Shown here: positions 18,087 through 27,986 of the stretch, piece after piece
Position numbering within the stretch: the stretch's first letter is position 1
Layout: each line of letters opens with the position of its first letter
Source of the DNA: Candidatus Micrarchaeota archaeon
Lineage (GTDB): Archaea > Micrarchaeota > Micrarchaeia > Norongarragalinales > Norongarragalinaceae
Assembly (NCBI GenBank): GCA_016207165.1
Contig: JACQQD010000005.1
Location: forward strand, 1 to 64,000
DNA length: 64,000 nt
Reading direction: 5' to 3'
Notes under the pieces: model-generated
What the model was told of the DNA's origin: nothing
What the model saw: only the letters and a program-made list of their open reading frames with translations
Database searches by the model: none
Translations under genes and position numbers: made by a program

Positions 18087-19667
18087 TTACTCGTTCTTGA
18101 AAATGGTTTCTTCCACGATGGCGCCGTAGGCCGGCCGCGTCACCGCAATGCCGACCATGACGCTCAAGAGGGCGGCGACGGCAAAACCCATGATTTCCAC
18201 GATGCCGGAGCCCAAAAGCGGGAGCATGGAGGCCGCCGCCAGGCCTGCGGTGGTAAACACGATGTAGAACGCGTCCTTGAGCTTGCGTTTGGCCGTCACG
18301 TCGTCCCCGCGTTTCTTGAGCAGTTCGTCGGTGATTACGATTTGGTTGTCGACGCTGGAGCCAATCAAGGCAATCACGCCGGCCATGGCCGCCAAATCCA
18401 GCGTCCCCAACGCCCCCAACAGCGTGATGATGACGAACAGTTCGACCATGAGCGTCAGCATGATGGGGATTACGAGTTTGATGCGGCGGTAGTACAGCGT
18501 GACGACGATGGCCACCAAGAAAAGCGCGGCGCCCATGCCGTAAAAACTGTACGCCAAAAACTGGTTTCCGAGGCTGGGGGCCACGTTGTAGTAGCTGCCC
18601 ACGGACGCGGCCACAGGCAGTCGTCCGCCGGAAAGCACGCTTTTGAGTTGCCGGATTTCCAGGCCGGCGTTGTCCTTGAGTTCTTTGGCCGTCAGCCCCT
18701 CGGCTTGCCCCGTAATCTGGTATTGCTCGATTTTGGCGCGCACGATGGGGTCAAACTGGAGCGTGGGCGCGGATTGAAGGCCGATGGCCTTCCATTCCGA
18801 CAGTCCTGCGAGGAGCCCGGACCCAATTAGGGCAGGCCGCAGTTCTTCGTCGGAAACCATTTTGATGTGTTTTTCGGCGGACGCGTTCTCTTGGAAACCC
18901 GCTTTCACCAACGCGTTGAACACGTCGGGCCGCGCGGCGGAGAGGTTTTTGGACAACCTGATTTGCTGGTAGCCTCCGGCCAGCAATTCGTTCTGCGTGC
19001 GGTTGAATTCTTCCACGTAAAAAAGACCGATGTCGTCGTCTTGCTTGGCCAAGGCTTCGCGCACGATGGGAGACTCGGGAACTTGGTTTTGGAAAACCAG
19101 GAGCGCGGTTTTTTGCGGCCGGTCCAAGAACATGTACACGCTTTCGCCGCGGTGGCCGGAGGCCGCGGTGGCAAACTTGAGGTTGCCCTCGGCGGTGACG
19201 GAAAACGTCAGTTGCCATTGGCCGTTGTCTTGGATGAGTTCGCCGTTGGCGCCGCCGATGCCCGTGGGAATGATGTCGGACCCGTTGAGAGCCTGTCGTC
19301 CTCCGATGATGGCTTCAAATTGGCCTTGTTCGCGCAGGATGCCTTCCACGCTTTTGATGACTTCGGCTTGGGCTTGCGGCAGTTCGACGAGGATTTCCTT
19401 GTTTCCAAGGGGACGCACCACGGCTTGAGTCAAACCGAATTTGTTGATGCGGGCCTTGATCGTGTCAATCATGACCGTCATTTGCCCGGCGTCCAAGGGT
19501 TTTTCCAGGGAAATGGGGATTCGGGTTCCGCCGGCAAACTCGATGCCCAAGTTCAAGTCCACGGTGGCCGGGTTGCCGTCCCGCAAGAACATCAGTCCCG
19601 CGCACACCAATACCAAAAGCACCAGGACTTGGATTTTGCGGTTGCCAAGCAGGTAAGGAAGATTCAT
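18087..19667 (-). CDS. secD: Protein-export membrane protein SecD
   Basis: NLGIEFAGGT, RINKFGL, LSGGRLP, APSLG, LDLAAMAG, VDNQIVITDE. Confidence 0.92.
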   Translation of the reverse strand: MNLPYLLGNRKIQVLVLLVLVCAGLMFLRDGNPATVDLNLGIEFAGGTRIPISLEKPLDAGQMTVMIDTIKARINKFGLTQAVVRPLGNKEILVELPQAQAEVIKSVEGILREQGQFEAIIGGRQALNGSDIIPTGIGGANGELIQDNGQWQLTFSVTAEGNLKFATAASGHRGESVYMFLDRPQKTALLVFQNQVPESPIVREALAKQDDDIGLFYVEEFNRTQNELLAGGYQQIRLSKNLSAARPDVFNALVKAGFQENASAEKHIKMVSDEELRPALIGSGLLAGLSEWKAIGLQSAPTLQFDPIVRAKIEQYQITGQAEGLTAKELKDNAGLEIRQLKSVLSGGRLPVAASVGSYYNVAPSLGNQFLAYSFYGMGAALFLVAIVVTLYYRRIKLVIPIMLTLMVELFVIITLLGALGTLDLAAMAGVIALIGSSVDNQIVITDELLKKRGDDVTAKRKLKDAFYIVFTTAGLAAASMLPLLGSGIVEIMGFAVAALLSVMVGIAVTRPAYGAIVEETIFKNE

Positions 19668-20776
19668 TTTTGTTTACCCTCCTGGCGCTGGCTCATCCAC
19701 AACAAAAGCGGGCCGTTGCCGAACCACGTCGTGAAAAAGTCGGCCATGCCTCCCAGCGTGGCCACGAACCCGATTTGGAAGTAGATGGGCAATTGGAGGA
19801 CCAACGCCAACGCCGTCAGGACGCCGAAGCCCGTGACTTGCGCGGCGTTCATCAAGAACGCGGTTTTCGTGGCGTCCAGCGTTCTGGCGGGCCCATCCAT
19901 TTCCTTTCGCTTGAGGATGCGGACCGTCAACATGACGTACGAGTCCAGGGAAAAACCGATGAGCATGAGCATGGCGGCCACGGAACCCAGGTTCCATGGA
20001 ATCTGGAGGAAGCTCATGGCTCCGGCTGTCAGAACGATGTCGGTAAGCGGCCCGATCATGACGGCCAGGCTTGGGCCAATAGAGCGGAACAACAAGAACA
20101 CGATGACGCCCAACAACAGCAAGGAAACCAGGACGACTTCCCGGAGTTTGGAAAAGAAGAAAACGCTCAAGGAGGATCCCACTTCCCGGACCGACACGGA
20201 CGCGGCGTTCACCACGGATTGCACCGCGTCCAAAAGTGATTGGCGGTACTCGGAGCGGGCGTCCGCCACCGCTTTTTCGCTTTCCGCAACGGCTTCCGTC
20301 GCATCCGTGGCCTTCAGCGTAGCCCCGTTGGCGGCCGCGGCCACGGTTTGACGGGCTTCCAGAAGCAGTTGCCTTTGAATCGACTCCAAGGCTTCCGGAG
20401 TCTGGGTTCCCTGGGAGACGGCGATGCGCGCCAAATCGTATTCTTCCTGCAATGCGTGCACGCGCGCCAAGTGGCCGTCCGCTTCATCCAATGACTCCTT
20501 GAGAGGCAACTCGATTTCGACGCCTTGGCCCGCCGGCCCCTGGAAATGCCGAATGGTTGGAGCCTGGCCAGCCACGCGCTCTATGGCGCGGCCCAGCGCG
20601 GACACGTCCACGTCCTGCGTGTACTGGACGGTGATCAGCATGCCGCCCTTGAAGTCAATGCCCGGCTTGATGCCTGGCCCGAAGAAAATCAGGCCCACGG
20701 ACAAGGCAATCAAGGCCACCGGCACCAGCAACAGCAACCGGTAGTGTTTGCTTCGGTAAGGATTCGGAATATTCAT
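19664..20776 (-). CDS. secF: Protein-export membrane protein SecF
   Basis: GIDFKGG, AAMLMLIGFSLD, TWFGN; adjacent to secD. Confidence 0.9.
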   Translation of the reverse strand: MNIPNPYRSKHYRLLLLVPVALIALSVGLIFFGPGIKPGIDFKGGMLITVQYTQDVDVSALGRAIERVAGQAPTIRHFQGPAGQGVEIELPLKESLDEADGHLARVHALQEEYDLARIAVSQGTQTPEALESIQRQLLLEARQTVAAAANGATLKATDATEAVAESEKAVADARSEYRQSLLDAVQSVVNAASVSVREVGSSLSVFFFSKLREVVLVSLLLLGVIVFLLFRSIGPSLAVMIGPLTDIVLTAGAMSFLQIPWNLGSVAAMLMLIGFSLDSYVMLTVRILKRKEMDGPARTLDATKTAFLMNAAQVTGFGVLTALALVLQLPIYFQIGFVATLGGMADFFTTWFGNGPLLLWMSQRQEGKQK

Positions 20777-20896
20777 TGACAGTATGCCCTTGAAACGGAT
20801 CGAAAATCCGGGAAAGACGGATTGCTTTTGGGCCAAGAGCCTTAAAAACCCTTTTTCACACTCTAAACCACGCCAGGCCCGCCCATTTTTCAATTT

Positions 20897-20982
20897 GGAG
20901 GGGTAGCAAAGCTTGGCCAAATGTGCTGCGTTCAGGGCGCAGTCCCTTTGTGGGTTCGAGGGTTCAAATCCCTCCCCCTCCA
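20897..20982 (+). tRNA. tRNA-Leu(CAG), long variable arm
   Basis: GGAGGGG/CCCCTCC acceptor stem, anticodon arm CTGCG-TTCAGGG-CGCAG, T arm GAGGG-TTCAAAT-CCCTC. Confidence 0.95.
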
Positions 20983-20994
20983 CTTGGTCGCCCC

Positions 20995-21145
20995 GGGGGA
21001 AACCAATGGTTTCCCCCTGGAGCACCCTCCGCCTCGCCCCCTTCCTTTTTTTTTGGTTCGCAGAACAAGTCGGGGGTTCGGGGTTACCAAGGACTATAGG
21101 GGACGAAGCCCCCTGTGGTCCGGGTTCTTAAATCCTTCCCCCCCA
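20995..21145 (+). repeat. Two GC-rich hairpins followed by a degenerate copy of the tRNA-Leu 3' end
   Basis: GGGGGAAACC-AAT-GGTTTCCCCC (20995-21017); GGACTATAGGGG/CCCCTGTGGTCC (21091-21121); GGGTTCTTAAATCCTTCCCCCCCA (21122-45) versus tRNA GGGTTCAAATCCCTCCCCCTCCA. Confidence 0.55.
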
Positions 21146-21244
21146 TTTTGAAGGTTGACACGCAGGGCAAAAAGGCGGGTTTAGAATTATTCTACCGCAT
21201 GTTTTTATCTCCGAAAATACAGTACCGTCATTGACGTGAACGGA

Positions 21245-21400
21245 ATGAAAGTATTCAAGACCGTGTTTGAGCCGACGCCAATCCTTCGGGGAGCGGATGC
21301 CACCCGCTTACTGGATTCAGTATACTGTTTCAAGCCGGATCCCAAAAAAGCTGAATTCCTCAAGGAATGCGTGGAACTTTACGAAAAGTTCCGTTTCTAA
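21245..21400 (+). CDS. Small protein, probable antitoxin of the downstream GNAT toxin (51 aa)
   Basis: MKVFKTVFEPTPILRGADATRLL...; directly upstream of the GNAT gene; below the ORF-track cut-off. Confidence 0.6.
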   Translation: MKVFKTVFEPTPILRGADATRLLDSVYCFKPDPKKAEFLKECVELYEKFRF

Positions 21401-21418
21401 GCAGGTGAATGGTTTGCC

Positions 21419-21940
21419 GTGATTGACTTCAACCAGCTACGCATCGGTCCACTGCGTGACGAGAGGACCGTAAACGGTTTTCATTGCGGAAACGAGGATT
21501 TGGACGGTTTTTTGGTTCAGGACGCCTGGCCCTTTCAGCAAACCAAGTTGGCTGCCACCTATCTTTGTTTCCACCAACACGAAGTCGTTGGATACGTGGC
21601 GCTGACGGCGGATTCCGTCCGACTGGCGGAAGAAGAAAAAAGGCATTTTTTGGAAAACAAAGCTCGTCTTCATGAATTTCCGGCGGTCAAAATCGCGCGG
21701 CTGGCCGTTAAAGCGTCTTGGCAGCGTCAAGGCATTGGCTCGTTTTTGGTGAGGGTCTCACTGGGAAAACTCTGGACGCTGAGCGAATCCATCGGATGCC
21801 GTTTTGCAACAGTGGACGCCAAGCCCGGAGCACAACCGTTTTACGAAGCGCACGGCTTTGTACGAAACCTGCACAAACAGGAAAAAAGCCGGCAAACCGT
21901 CAGCATGCGCTGCGACTTGTTGTACTACAAACCGGCATGA
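21419..21940 (+). CDS. GNAT acetyltransferase, TacT/AtaT-like toxin
   Basis: FHCGNEDLDGFL, PAVKIARLAV, QRQGIG, TVDAK, FYEAHGF. Confidence 0.85.
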   Translation: MIDFNQLRIGPLRDERTVNGFHCGNEDLDGFLVQDAWPFQQTKLAATYLCFHQHEVVGYVALTADSVRLAEEEKRHFLENKARLHEFPAVKIARLAVKASWQRQGIGSFLVRVSLGKLWTLSESIGCRFATVDAKPGAQPFYEAHGFVRNLHKQEKSRQTVSMRCDLLYYKPA

Positions 21941-21943
21941 AAA

Positions 21944-22357
21944 CTAATGCGAGTGGCCGCCGGAGATCTCATCCGCCCAGGATTTGTCCACCACGTACAC
22001 GTGCTCGTCGATGACGTGCAACTGCCGGAGCTTGGCGATTTCTTCTTGCTTGGCGGCGTTGGACGCAAACTTTTCCGTGACGGAGAACAGGTACGCCCCG
22101 CCCTTGAATTGTTGCACGTCGGGGTGCAGCTTGACTTGGACGACGAAGTGTTTGGGAAGAATTTCTTCAAGCGCGGACTTGATCTGCCGGCTTTCGCCAC
22201 CTTCAAAGCGCTCGCTTTCGTCCTGGATGGACGCGTAGTGGCGGAGGCGAATGAATCCTCCCAAGGCCAACGTCTGGTACTTGGGCAAAACCCGGATCTG
22301 GAGTTGCGTGACTTGGAAGCGTTGGGCGTGTTTCAGGGCGTCCAAAACGTCGTGCAT
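21944..22357 (-). CDS. Hypothetical protein
   Basis: 137-aa ORF following the large surface-protein gene; no motif. Confidence 0.6.
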   Translation of the reverse strand: MHDVLDALKHAQRFQVTQLQIRVLPKYQTLALGGFIRLRHYASIQDESERFEGGESRQIKSALEEILPKHFVVQVKLHPDVQQFKGGAYLFSVTEKFASNAAKQEEIAKLRQLHVIDEHVYVVDKSWADEISGGHSH

Positions 22358-22360
22358 GGA

Positions 22361-25300
22361 TTAATCTCCGCGGAAGCGAACGAAGGCCACGCCCACCAAA
22401 ATCGCCAATAGAAGCACGGCGAAAAGCAGGCCTTCTTGCGGCCAGGATGGAAGCGCCAAGGCGGAGGAACGCGAAGAGGCGGACTCCGTGGTTTTACGCG
22501 GGTCCAAAAACGGGTTGTCCGCCACGGTGCCTTGCGATGAGCCGTCGCCAGCCCCTGTAAACCCGATGCCTTGGTCGGCGAAAGCCGGGTTGAGCGGCAC
22601 GTCTTGTCCGTTGTAGACGTTAATCGCGCCGGTGGAGGGGTTGAACGTCAACACGCCGTTTTGTCCGCGGGCGGCCAACAAGGCAAGCACTTCCTGCAAT
22701 CCGTCGGGGCCTTGCGCGTTGAGGGTGGGCTGGCCGTTCTGGTTGTCAATGGAGAAACGGAAATCGCCTTTGTCCGTGGGAATCACGAATTCGTTGCCGT
22801 CGACTTTCACGGGGTTGGATGGGTCTTTGAGTTTGTAGTCCTTGGCGGTACCGGTTTTCTTGTCGATGACGCGCAAGTTTCCGTCGGGCGTGATGTAGAA
22901 TATTTTGTCCGCGGTTTCAAACGACGTGAAGCCTTCTTTGCCGGCCACGCTCTCCAGCGCCTTGTTGAGTTTGTCGGCGGATTCCTCCAAACCGGCTTTG
23001 GCCACGGTTTGAACCCCCACGCCGCCGTCTTTTTGCTGGACTTTGTAGGCGTTGAGGTTTTGCGCCGACGTCTCAAACAAGGAATAGATGATGACCAAAA
23101 GCCTTCCAGTTCCGGGCTCGTGTTCGATCAAACCGAATTCGCCGACCACGCTTTCGAGAGTCCCAATCGGTTTCTTGTCAAACGAGCCGCCCGGCGCGCC
23201 ATGCAGCATGACTTGGCCGTTGTTGTGGATGGTGATGCGTCCGCCGGAGGTAATGGACTTGCGGAGGTCTTCGGGGGACGGAACCGATGAAGAAAAGCCG
23301 TCGCGGTCGACGAACGTGATCTGGTTGTCCAAGATGCCGGCTTCCCCGTCGGTGGTGATCACGGACTTGACTTTGCCGATGGCTTGCGTGAAGTCCGAGC
23401 CGATGTTGCGGCCGGACAACTCGAAATACGCCCGCGCCAAATCGCAGGAAGGCGAAACCAAGGTGGATTGGCCGGTGGATGAAACGTCCAAGAACACGGA
23501 GTCGGATCCGCTGAGGGTTTGTTGAATGATCTTGTTGGGAATGATGACGCGCGCCAACGCCTGGTTTCGGTTGCGGGCCATGGCGCGAAGCTTCCACATC
23601 TCGCTTTGAAAGCTGAACGCCGTGGAGCCGTCGGCGTTAAACGCCTGCAACCCGTTGCTAAACGTGATTGAGCGGCCGTCTTTGGATTGCACGCGGTCCG
23701 GCAAGCTGCACGCGTCCTGGATGAGGTTGAACAAGCCGTGCTTGGTGGAGAACGTGGACTGCGTGACGTGCACGTACAAGAGTTCGGGAGTCAATACCTG
23801 GCCCTGCTGGTTGGCCAACTGCGTGCGCAAGTTCAAGACTTCCCGGGTGTTTTTCAGTTGGGCCGCGATTTTGCGGTCCTCTTCGTCGGCTTGCAGGGCT
23901 TTTCCAAGTGGCAGCTTGTCGATTTGTTCGTAAAGCGCCGGCACTTTTTCCTGGAGGATGTTGCCGGCCTTGGCCGCGCGCTCGGGGATGGGCTGGAACG
24001 TCAAGATGTTGTGCATGGGATCCCGGCAGTTGGACGTGTACGTGATGGCGTTGTTGCCGACGACGAACCGGTATTGCTCCGCGGGATTGGTCCAATCCAG
24101 AATTTCCAGAAAACCGGAGGCGTAGTTGTTCAAGATCGACGTCTGGTGCAAGAATTCGTTCATTCGGGAAATGGCGACGCGGCCGACGTTAAGCGCCGTG
24201 ATGGCCACGCTGCCGGCGGTGGCCGCGCGGAACTTGTTCTTGAACAAATCCATTTCCTCTTGGCCGCATGTGGCGTCCTTGCCGTAGTTCTCGTTGATGT
24301 CCAGATACTCCAGGGTGGTCAAGAATACGCCGATGCCCAGCGCTCCTTCCTGGAGGTCGAAAATGCGTTTGCTGACCCAAAACGGAACGGCCAGCGAAGC
24401 AAAAGCCGTCAGGGACTTGAGGTTTTGGTCTTCCAGCACCGGCTCCAGCATGATGTTGTTGGAGACGAACGCCAGGCTCGTGAACGTCTCCTTGCCGCCA
24501 AAGCCGCGGAGGTCCTCGAAGTTCAACGTGTACGAGTCGCCTTTCCACACCGAGTTGATGCCGAATGACCCGATTTCCTCGTCCGTGGTTCTAAACGACG
24601 TCTGGGATTCTTCGTTGTCCGCCTTGCCGCCTTCCGGGTAATTGATCAGCAAAACGTCCTTGGAGTAAAACGCCTTTTCCGGCACCAAGCCCAAGCCAGC
24701 ATATTTGGCGACGAATTCCTGGATTTTTCCCAACGCCAAAAACCCGGAGGCCTTCTTGAAGTCCTCCAAAACCTGTTTGTTGGCCAAAACCCGCAAGAAC
24801 TTGTCATCGTCTTGGTGGCGGGCCTGAAACAGGATGCCGGAATTGCTCATGAACGCCATGCGGGCCGGGCCCAGCCAACCGCCGGCCAGCATGTAGCTGG
24901 CCGTCACGCGGCGCGTCAAGGATTCCTGGAGTTGGCGGAGGCTGCGGAGGTTGTGGTCGGCATCGCGAATCTGTTCGTCCAAGCCGCCTTGGCGTTCGAA
25001 TCGAAGCCGTCGGTCCACGGTAATGGCTTCATCCAGCGTGTTTACGCCCGGCACGTCGGCGTGCAGAATGGGGGTGCCGGTGTCGTCAAAATACCGAAGG
25101 ACTCGGCCGCCAGCCGCCGGGTCATGCACCACGTTGACGCTGGTGGCTCGCAGGACGCCGGGTGCGGCACCCGCCGGATTGGGGATGTTGATGCCTTCCC
25201 GCAGGATGAGGTTGCCTTGGGTCGTGCGTTGAATGTCGCCGAGGATTTGGGAGCCGACGTCGGACATGGTAAACTCGCCGGCTTCACGGATCTTCACGCG

Positions 25301-26488
25301 GTCCACGGATTTCTCTAGGTCTTCCTTGACGGAACGCAGGTTCCGCGCCGCGCCCAGGGTACCCAAGGCGGCGACGGCGGAAATGTAAAAGTCGGTGCGG
25401 GTGTAGGCGTGGGCAAACGTGATCCAGTCGCGGTAAAACTCGGGCACCACCAAGTTGCCGCCGCCGTTGAGGTTCAAGTACCCGATGACTTTCGAGCCGA
25501 CGAAGTACTGGTTGACGGGCCGTCCGCCGCGCTCGGATTGCAGTTCCTTGGTGGGCTTGCCCGTCGCCGGCGAGACGTACTGTCCGGAGAGCACTTGCTC
25601 GTTGCGCGTGCCGTACGTCAAGTCGGCGTCCAGCATGGCGACGTAGCCCACCCGGCCCTGGATGATTTCGTTGCGAAGCAGGCAACTGGTGGGGTCGATT
25701 TCGTTGAGGGTGAAGTACTCCGACAAACTGAACTCCTTGCCGGAGGAGGGCTGGATGATCTTGAAGCGTGCGTAGGGCTCCACGTCGGAGGCGGCCTTCT
25801 TCTCTTTTTCTTCTTGTTTCTCCTTGTCGAGAACGCCTTCCGTCGCCTCCTGGATTTGGCGGATGATTTCCTGGTAGCTGGTTGCCTCAAACGACTTGGG
25901 GTTTCGGCTTAACGCATCCAAGGCCGCCTTGCCAGAAATCATGGCGCCGTTTTTGAACCATTTCTTGTCCGCGTCCCAAATCTTGAGGTCGCGGCCGAAT
26001 TCCTCTTCCTTGATGCCGTAGAGTTTGGCGACTTCGCTGGCGTTGATCGAGTTTTTGAGTTCCTCGTCGCGGCGCTTCTTGCCTTCTTCACTGAAGGGGT
26101 CCACGGGGTCCTCCGTGCGCGTGAGGGACTCCAACAAAGGCAAGTCATTGAGAAAGTCGCCTTGGAATCGGCCTTTCGAGGAAAACAAGAATTGCTGGAG
26201 TTGCTGGCGTTCCGCATCGGAAATGGAGTCAATGGCACAAGCGCCACCCGCAGATGGGGGTGGAGAAGTTGAGGCGCGCGTTGGAGAAGCCGCCGTCGTT
26301 GTTCCCGCAGGCGAGGAACCGGAAGGCGGGGACGCCCCCGTCGACGCCGGAGAAGAAGTCGATGGACCGGAACTGGAAGCGGTAGAACCGGATCCCGTGG
26401 TTCCAGGCGGATCCGCGGCAAACGCCAAGGGGGAAAGCAGTTCAACGAATAGAAGCATAATGACGATGGCGGAGAAGCCCTGGCGCAT
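22361..26488 (-). CDS. Large secreted, membrane-anchored protein (~1375 aa)
   Basis: Signal peptide (..PLAFA|AD), Ser/Thr/Pro-rich N-terminal linker, internal hydrophobic segments, C-terminal TM plus RFR. Confidence 0.85.
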   Translation of the reverse strand: MRQGFSAIVIMLLFVELLSPLAFAADPPGTTGSGSTASSSGPSTSSPASTGASPPSGSSPAGTTTAASPTRASTSPPPSAGGACAIDSISDAERQQLQQFLFSSKGRFQGDFLNDLPLLESLTRTEDPVDPFSEEGKKRRDEELKNSINASEVAKLYGIKEEEFGRDLKIWDADKKWFKNGAMISGKAALDALSRNPKSFEATSYQEIIRQIQEATEGVLDKEKQEEKEKKAASDVEPYARFKIIQPSSGKEFSLSEYFTLNEIDPTSCLLRNEIIQGRVGYVAMLDADLTYGTRNEQVLSGQYVSPATGKPTKELQSERGGRPVNQYFVGSKVIGYLNLNGGGNLVVPEFYRDWITFAHAYTRTDFYISAVAALGTLGAARNLRSVKEDLEKSVDRVKIREAGEFTMSDVGSQILGDIQRTTQGNLILREGINIPNPAGAAPGVLRATSVNVVHDPAAGGRVLRYFDDTGTPILHADVPGVNTLDEAITVDRRLRFERQGGLDEQIRDADHNLRSLRQLQESLTRRVTASYMLAGGWLGPARMAFMSNSGILFQARHQDDDKFLRVLANKQVLEDFKKASGFLALGKIQEFVAKYAGLGLVPEKAFYSKDVLLINYPEGGKADNEESQTSFRTTDEEIGSFGINSVWKGDSYTLNFEDLRGFGGKETFTSLAFVSNNIMLEPVLEDQNLKSLTAFASLAVPFWVSKRIFDLQEGALGIGVFLTTLEYLDINENYGKDATCGQEEMDLFKNKFRAATAGSVAITALNVGRVAISRMNEFLHQTSILNNYASGFLEILDWTNPAEQYRFVVGNNAITYTSNCRDPMHNILTFQPIPERAAKAGNILQEKVPALYEQIDKLPLGKALQADEEDRKIAAQLKNTREVLNLRTQLANQQGQVLTPELLYVHVTQSTFSTKHGLFNLIQDACSLPDRVQSKDGRSITFSNGLQAFNADGSTAFSFQSEMWKLRAMARNRNQALARVIIPNKIIQQTLSGSDSVFLDVSSTGQSTLVSPSCDLARAYFELSGRNIGSDFTQAIGKVKSVITTDGEAGILDNQITFVDRDGFSSSVPSPEDLRKSITSGGRITIHNNGQVMLHGAPGGSFDKKPIGTLESVVGEFGLIEHEPGTGRLLVIIYSLFETSAQNLNAYKVQQKDGGVGVQTVAKAGLEESADKLNKALESVAGKEGFTSFETADKIFYITPDGNLRVIDKKTGTAKDYKLKDPSNPVKVDGNEFVIPTDKGDFRFSIDNQNGQPTLNAQGPDGLQEVLALLAARGQNGVLTFNPSTGAINVYNGQDVPLNPAFADQGIGFTGAGDGSSQGTVADNPFLDPRKTTESASSRSSALALPSWPQEGLLFAVLLLAILVGVAFVRFRGD

Positions 26489-26534
26489 AACCAAGAAATG
26501 ACGGAAAACAAGTTTAAATGGCTTGGGCAGGTCC

Positions 26535-26789
26535 TCACGGCGCCACGGAGTCTAAAAACTGGCCCAAGGTCACGTCCAAGTAGACGTACAACAAGACCAA
26601 GGCGACAAACGTTCCCAACACCGTGCAGAAAAGCATCCAGAAAATCTTGGGCACGCCCTCAAAACGCTTGACGAGATAAGCATACACGAAAGAGAAGGCA
26701 AAAACCAGGACGAAGGCCGGCACGCCGACCATGACGGAAATTAAAAACAGGGGCCACAGTGCAGAAACCAGGGCGTCCAAAGAAGCCAT
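26535..26789 (-). CDS. Small membrane protein
   Basis: 84 aa with two TM segments; ATG at 26789. Confidence 0.65.
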   Translation of the reverse strand: MASLDALVSALWPLFLISVMVGVPAFVLVFAFSFVYAYLVKRFEGVPKIFWMLFCTVLGTFVALVLLYVYLDVTLGQFLDSVAP

Positions 26790-26843
26790 GGAACATTGGA
26801 GGCAACCCGCTTTTTTAAAAGCGCCGGATGCGTTAACGCCTTG

Positions 26844-27986
26844 ATGGCGGAATTGGACGTGTTGGCGGCGGTAGCCTACTACATATTCATCATCATCGGT
26901 TCCATCTCCTCGGGCTACCTGGTAGTGCGTTTTTCCTATCCGGACGTGCGCACGTTCTCCAACGAAGAAAAACTGGGCGCCTCCGCGCTTTTGGGCGCGT
27001 TCATCGGCGTTTTGTCGGTGTTGGCCGACGTGTTTCTCAGCGGCCTGGAAGCGGTTCTTTCCGCCAAAGGCCACTGGCCAATATACTGGCTGTCCGCCAG
27101 CGTCATGGGTTTCGGCATCATGTACGTCGGGCTTCGAAAGCCCAAGGAACACGAAATCGCGGTGCCCACCACCAAGCGGTTGCAGTTGCTGCAAACGGAA
27201 CTGGAGTCCATTGAAGTCCGGCCCCCCGACCACCCCACGCAAATCCAGAAAAAACTCGAGGACCTCCGCAAGAAAGGCGTGATCGCCGAACCGCACATTC
27301 AACCCCTTCAAACACAGCCGCCGCAAGCCGGTGAAAAGCCGCCGGTCAAAACCGTGGAGCAAAACGTGCGGGAAGCCAAGCGCGTCCTTGAAAAGGCGCG
27401 GGAAGTGGAAGTGGAAACCATCCTCAAGGACTTGCAATTGGAGCCGCCGGAACAGCAGGTCACCGATGAAGGCCACCGCCACCGCATGTATTTGATGAAA
27501 AAAAACCCGCCCAAGAAAGACGACGAGAAACAAATCGTGGAAGACGTGTACACGTTCGAAGAGGCGGCGGAAAAAGCCAAAAAGAAGGATCAATCCAAGG
27601 ACGCCATCACGGACTTGGGAAAAACCGCGCCGCAAAAAGAATTACCGAAAACCGAGGGCAAAACGCCCACTAAATCCGCCGCGGCCCAAAAAGCGGCCGG
27701 TGCCGTGACCATGGCGGACTTGTTCGGCGAAGCGCCCGCACCGGAAAAAAAGGAGCAAAGCGTTTTCGCTCAAATGGAAAGCCAAGTCTCCGTGGTGCCC
27801 ACGCAAAAAGACACGCATTGCCCCACCTGCAAACAGAAGAATTCGCGCATCGTCTTTTGCCCGTACTGCGGCACGGGCTTGTGCGCCAACTGCTCGCCGT
27901 CCATCGTTCCAGGCCCGGAAGGGTTCACGTACACGTGCCCCAAGTGCCAGGAAGACATCCTCGTCAAGAAAAAACCTATGGGCTAG
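26844..27986 (+). CDS. Membrane protein with charged linker and C-terminal zinc ribbons
   Basis: Three N-terminal TMs; CPTC..CPYC..CANC..CPKC. Confidence 0.8.
   Translation: MAELDVLAAVAYYIFIIIGSISSGYLVVRFSYPDVRTFSNEEKLGASALLGAFIGVLSVLADVFLSGLEAVLSAKGHWPIYWLSASVMGFGIMYVGLRKPKEHEIAVPTTKRLQLLQTELESIEVRPPDHPTQIQKKLEDLRKKGVIAEPHIQPLQTQPPQAGEKPPVKTVEQNVREAKRVLEKAREVEVETILKDLQLEPPEQQVTDEGHRHRMYLMKKNPPKKDDEKQIVEDVYTFEEAAEKAKKKDQSKDAITDLGKTAPQKELPKTEGKTPTKSAAAQKAAGAVTMADLFGEAPAPEKKEQSVFAQMESQVSVVPTQKDTHCPTCKQKNSRIVFCPYCGTGLCANCSPSIVPGPEGFTYTCPKCQEDILVKKKPMG

Noticed and set aside
3149-20982. Introns, splits or permutation in the three tRNA genes
   Set aside because: All three fold as complete cloverleaves with no extra sequence.
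19664-21025. ORF-track N-terminal extensions running through tRNAs (secF to 21025, HAD to 13989, PIN from 3165)
   Set aside because: The extensions overlap well-formed tRNA genes; downstream ATG starts were used instead.
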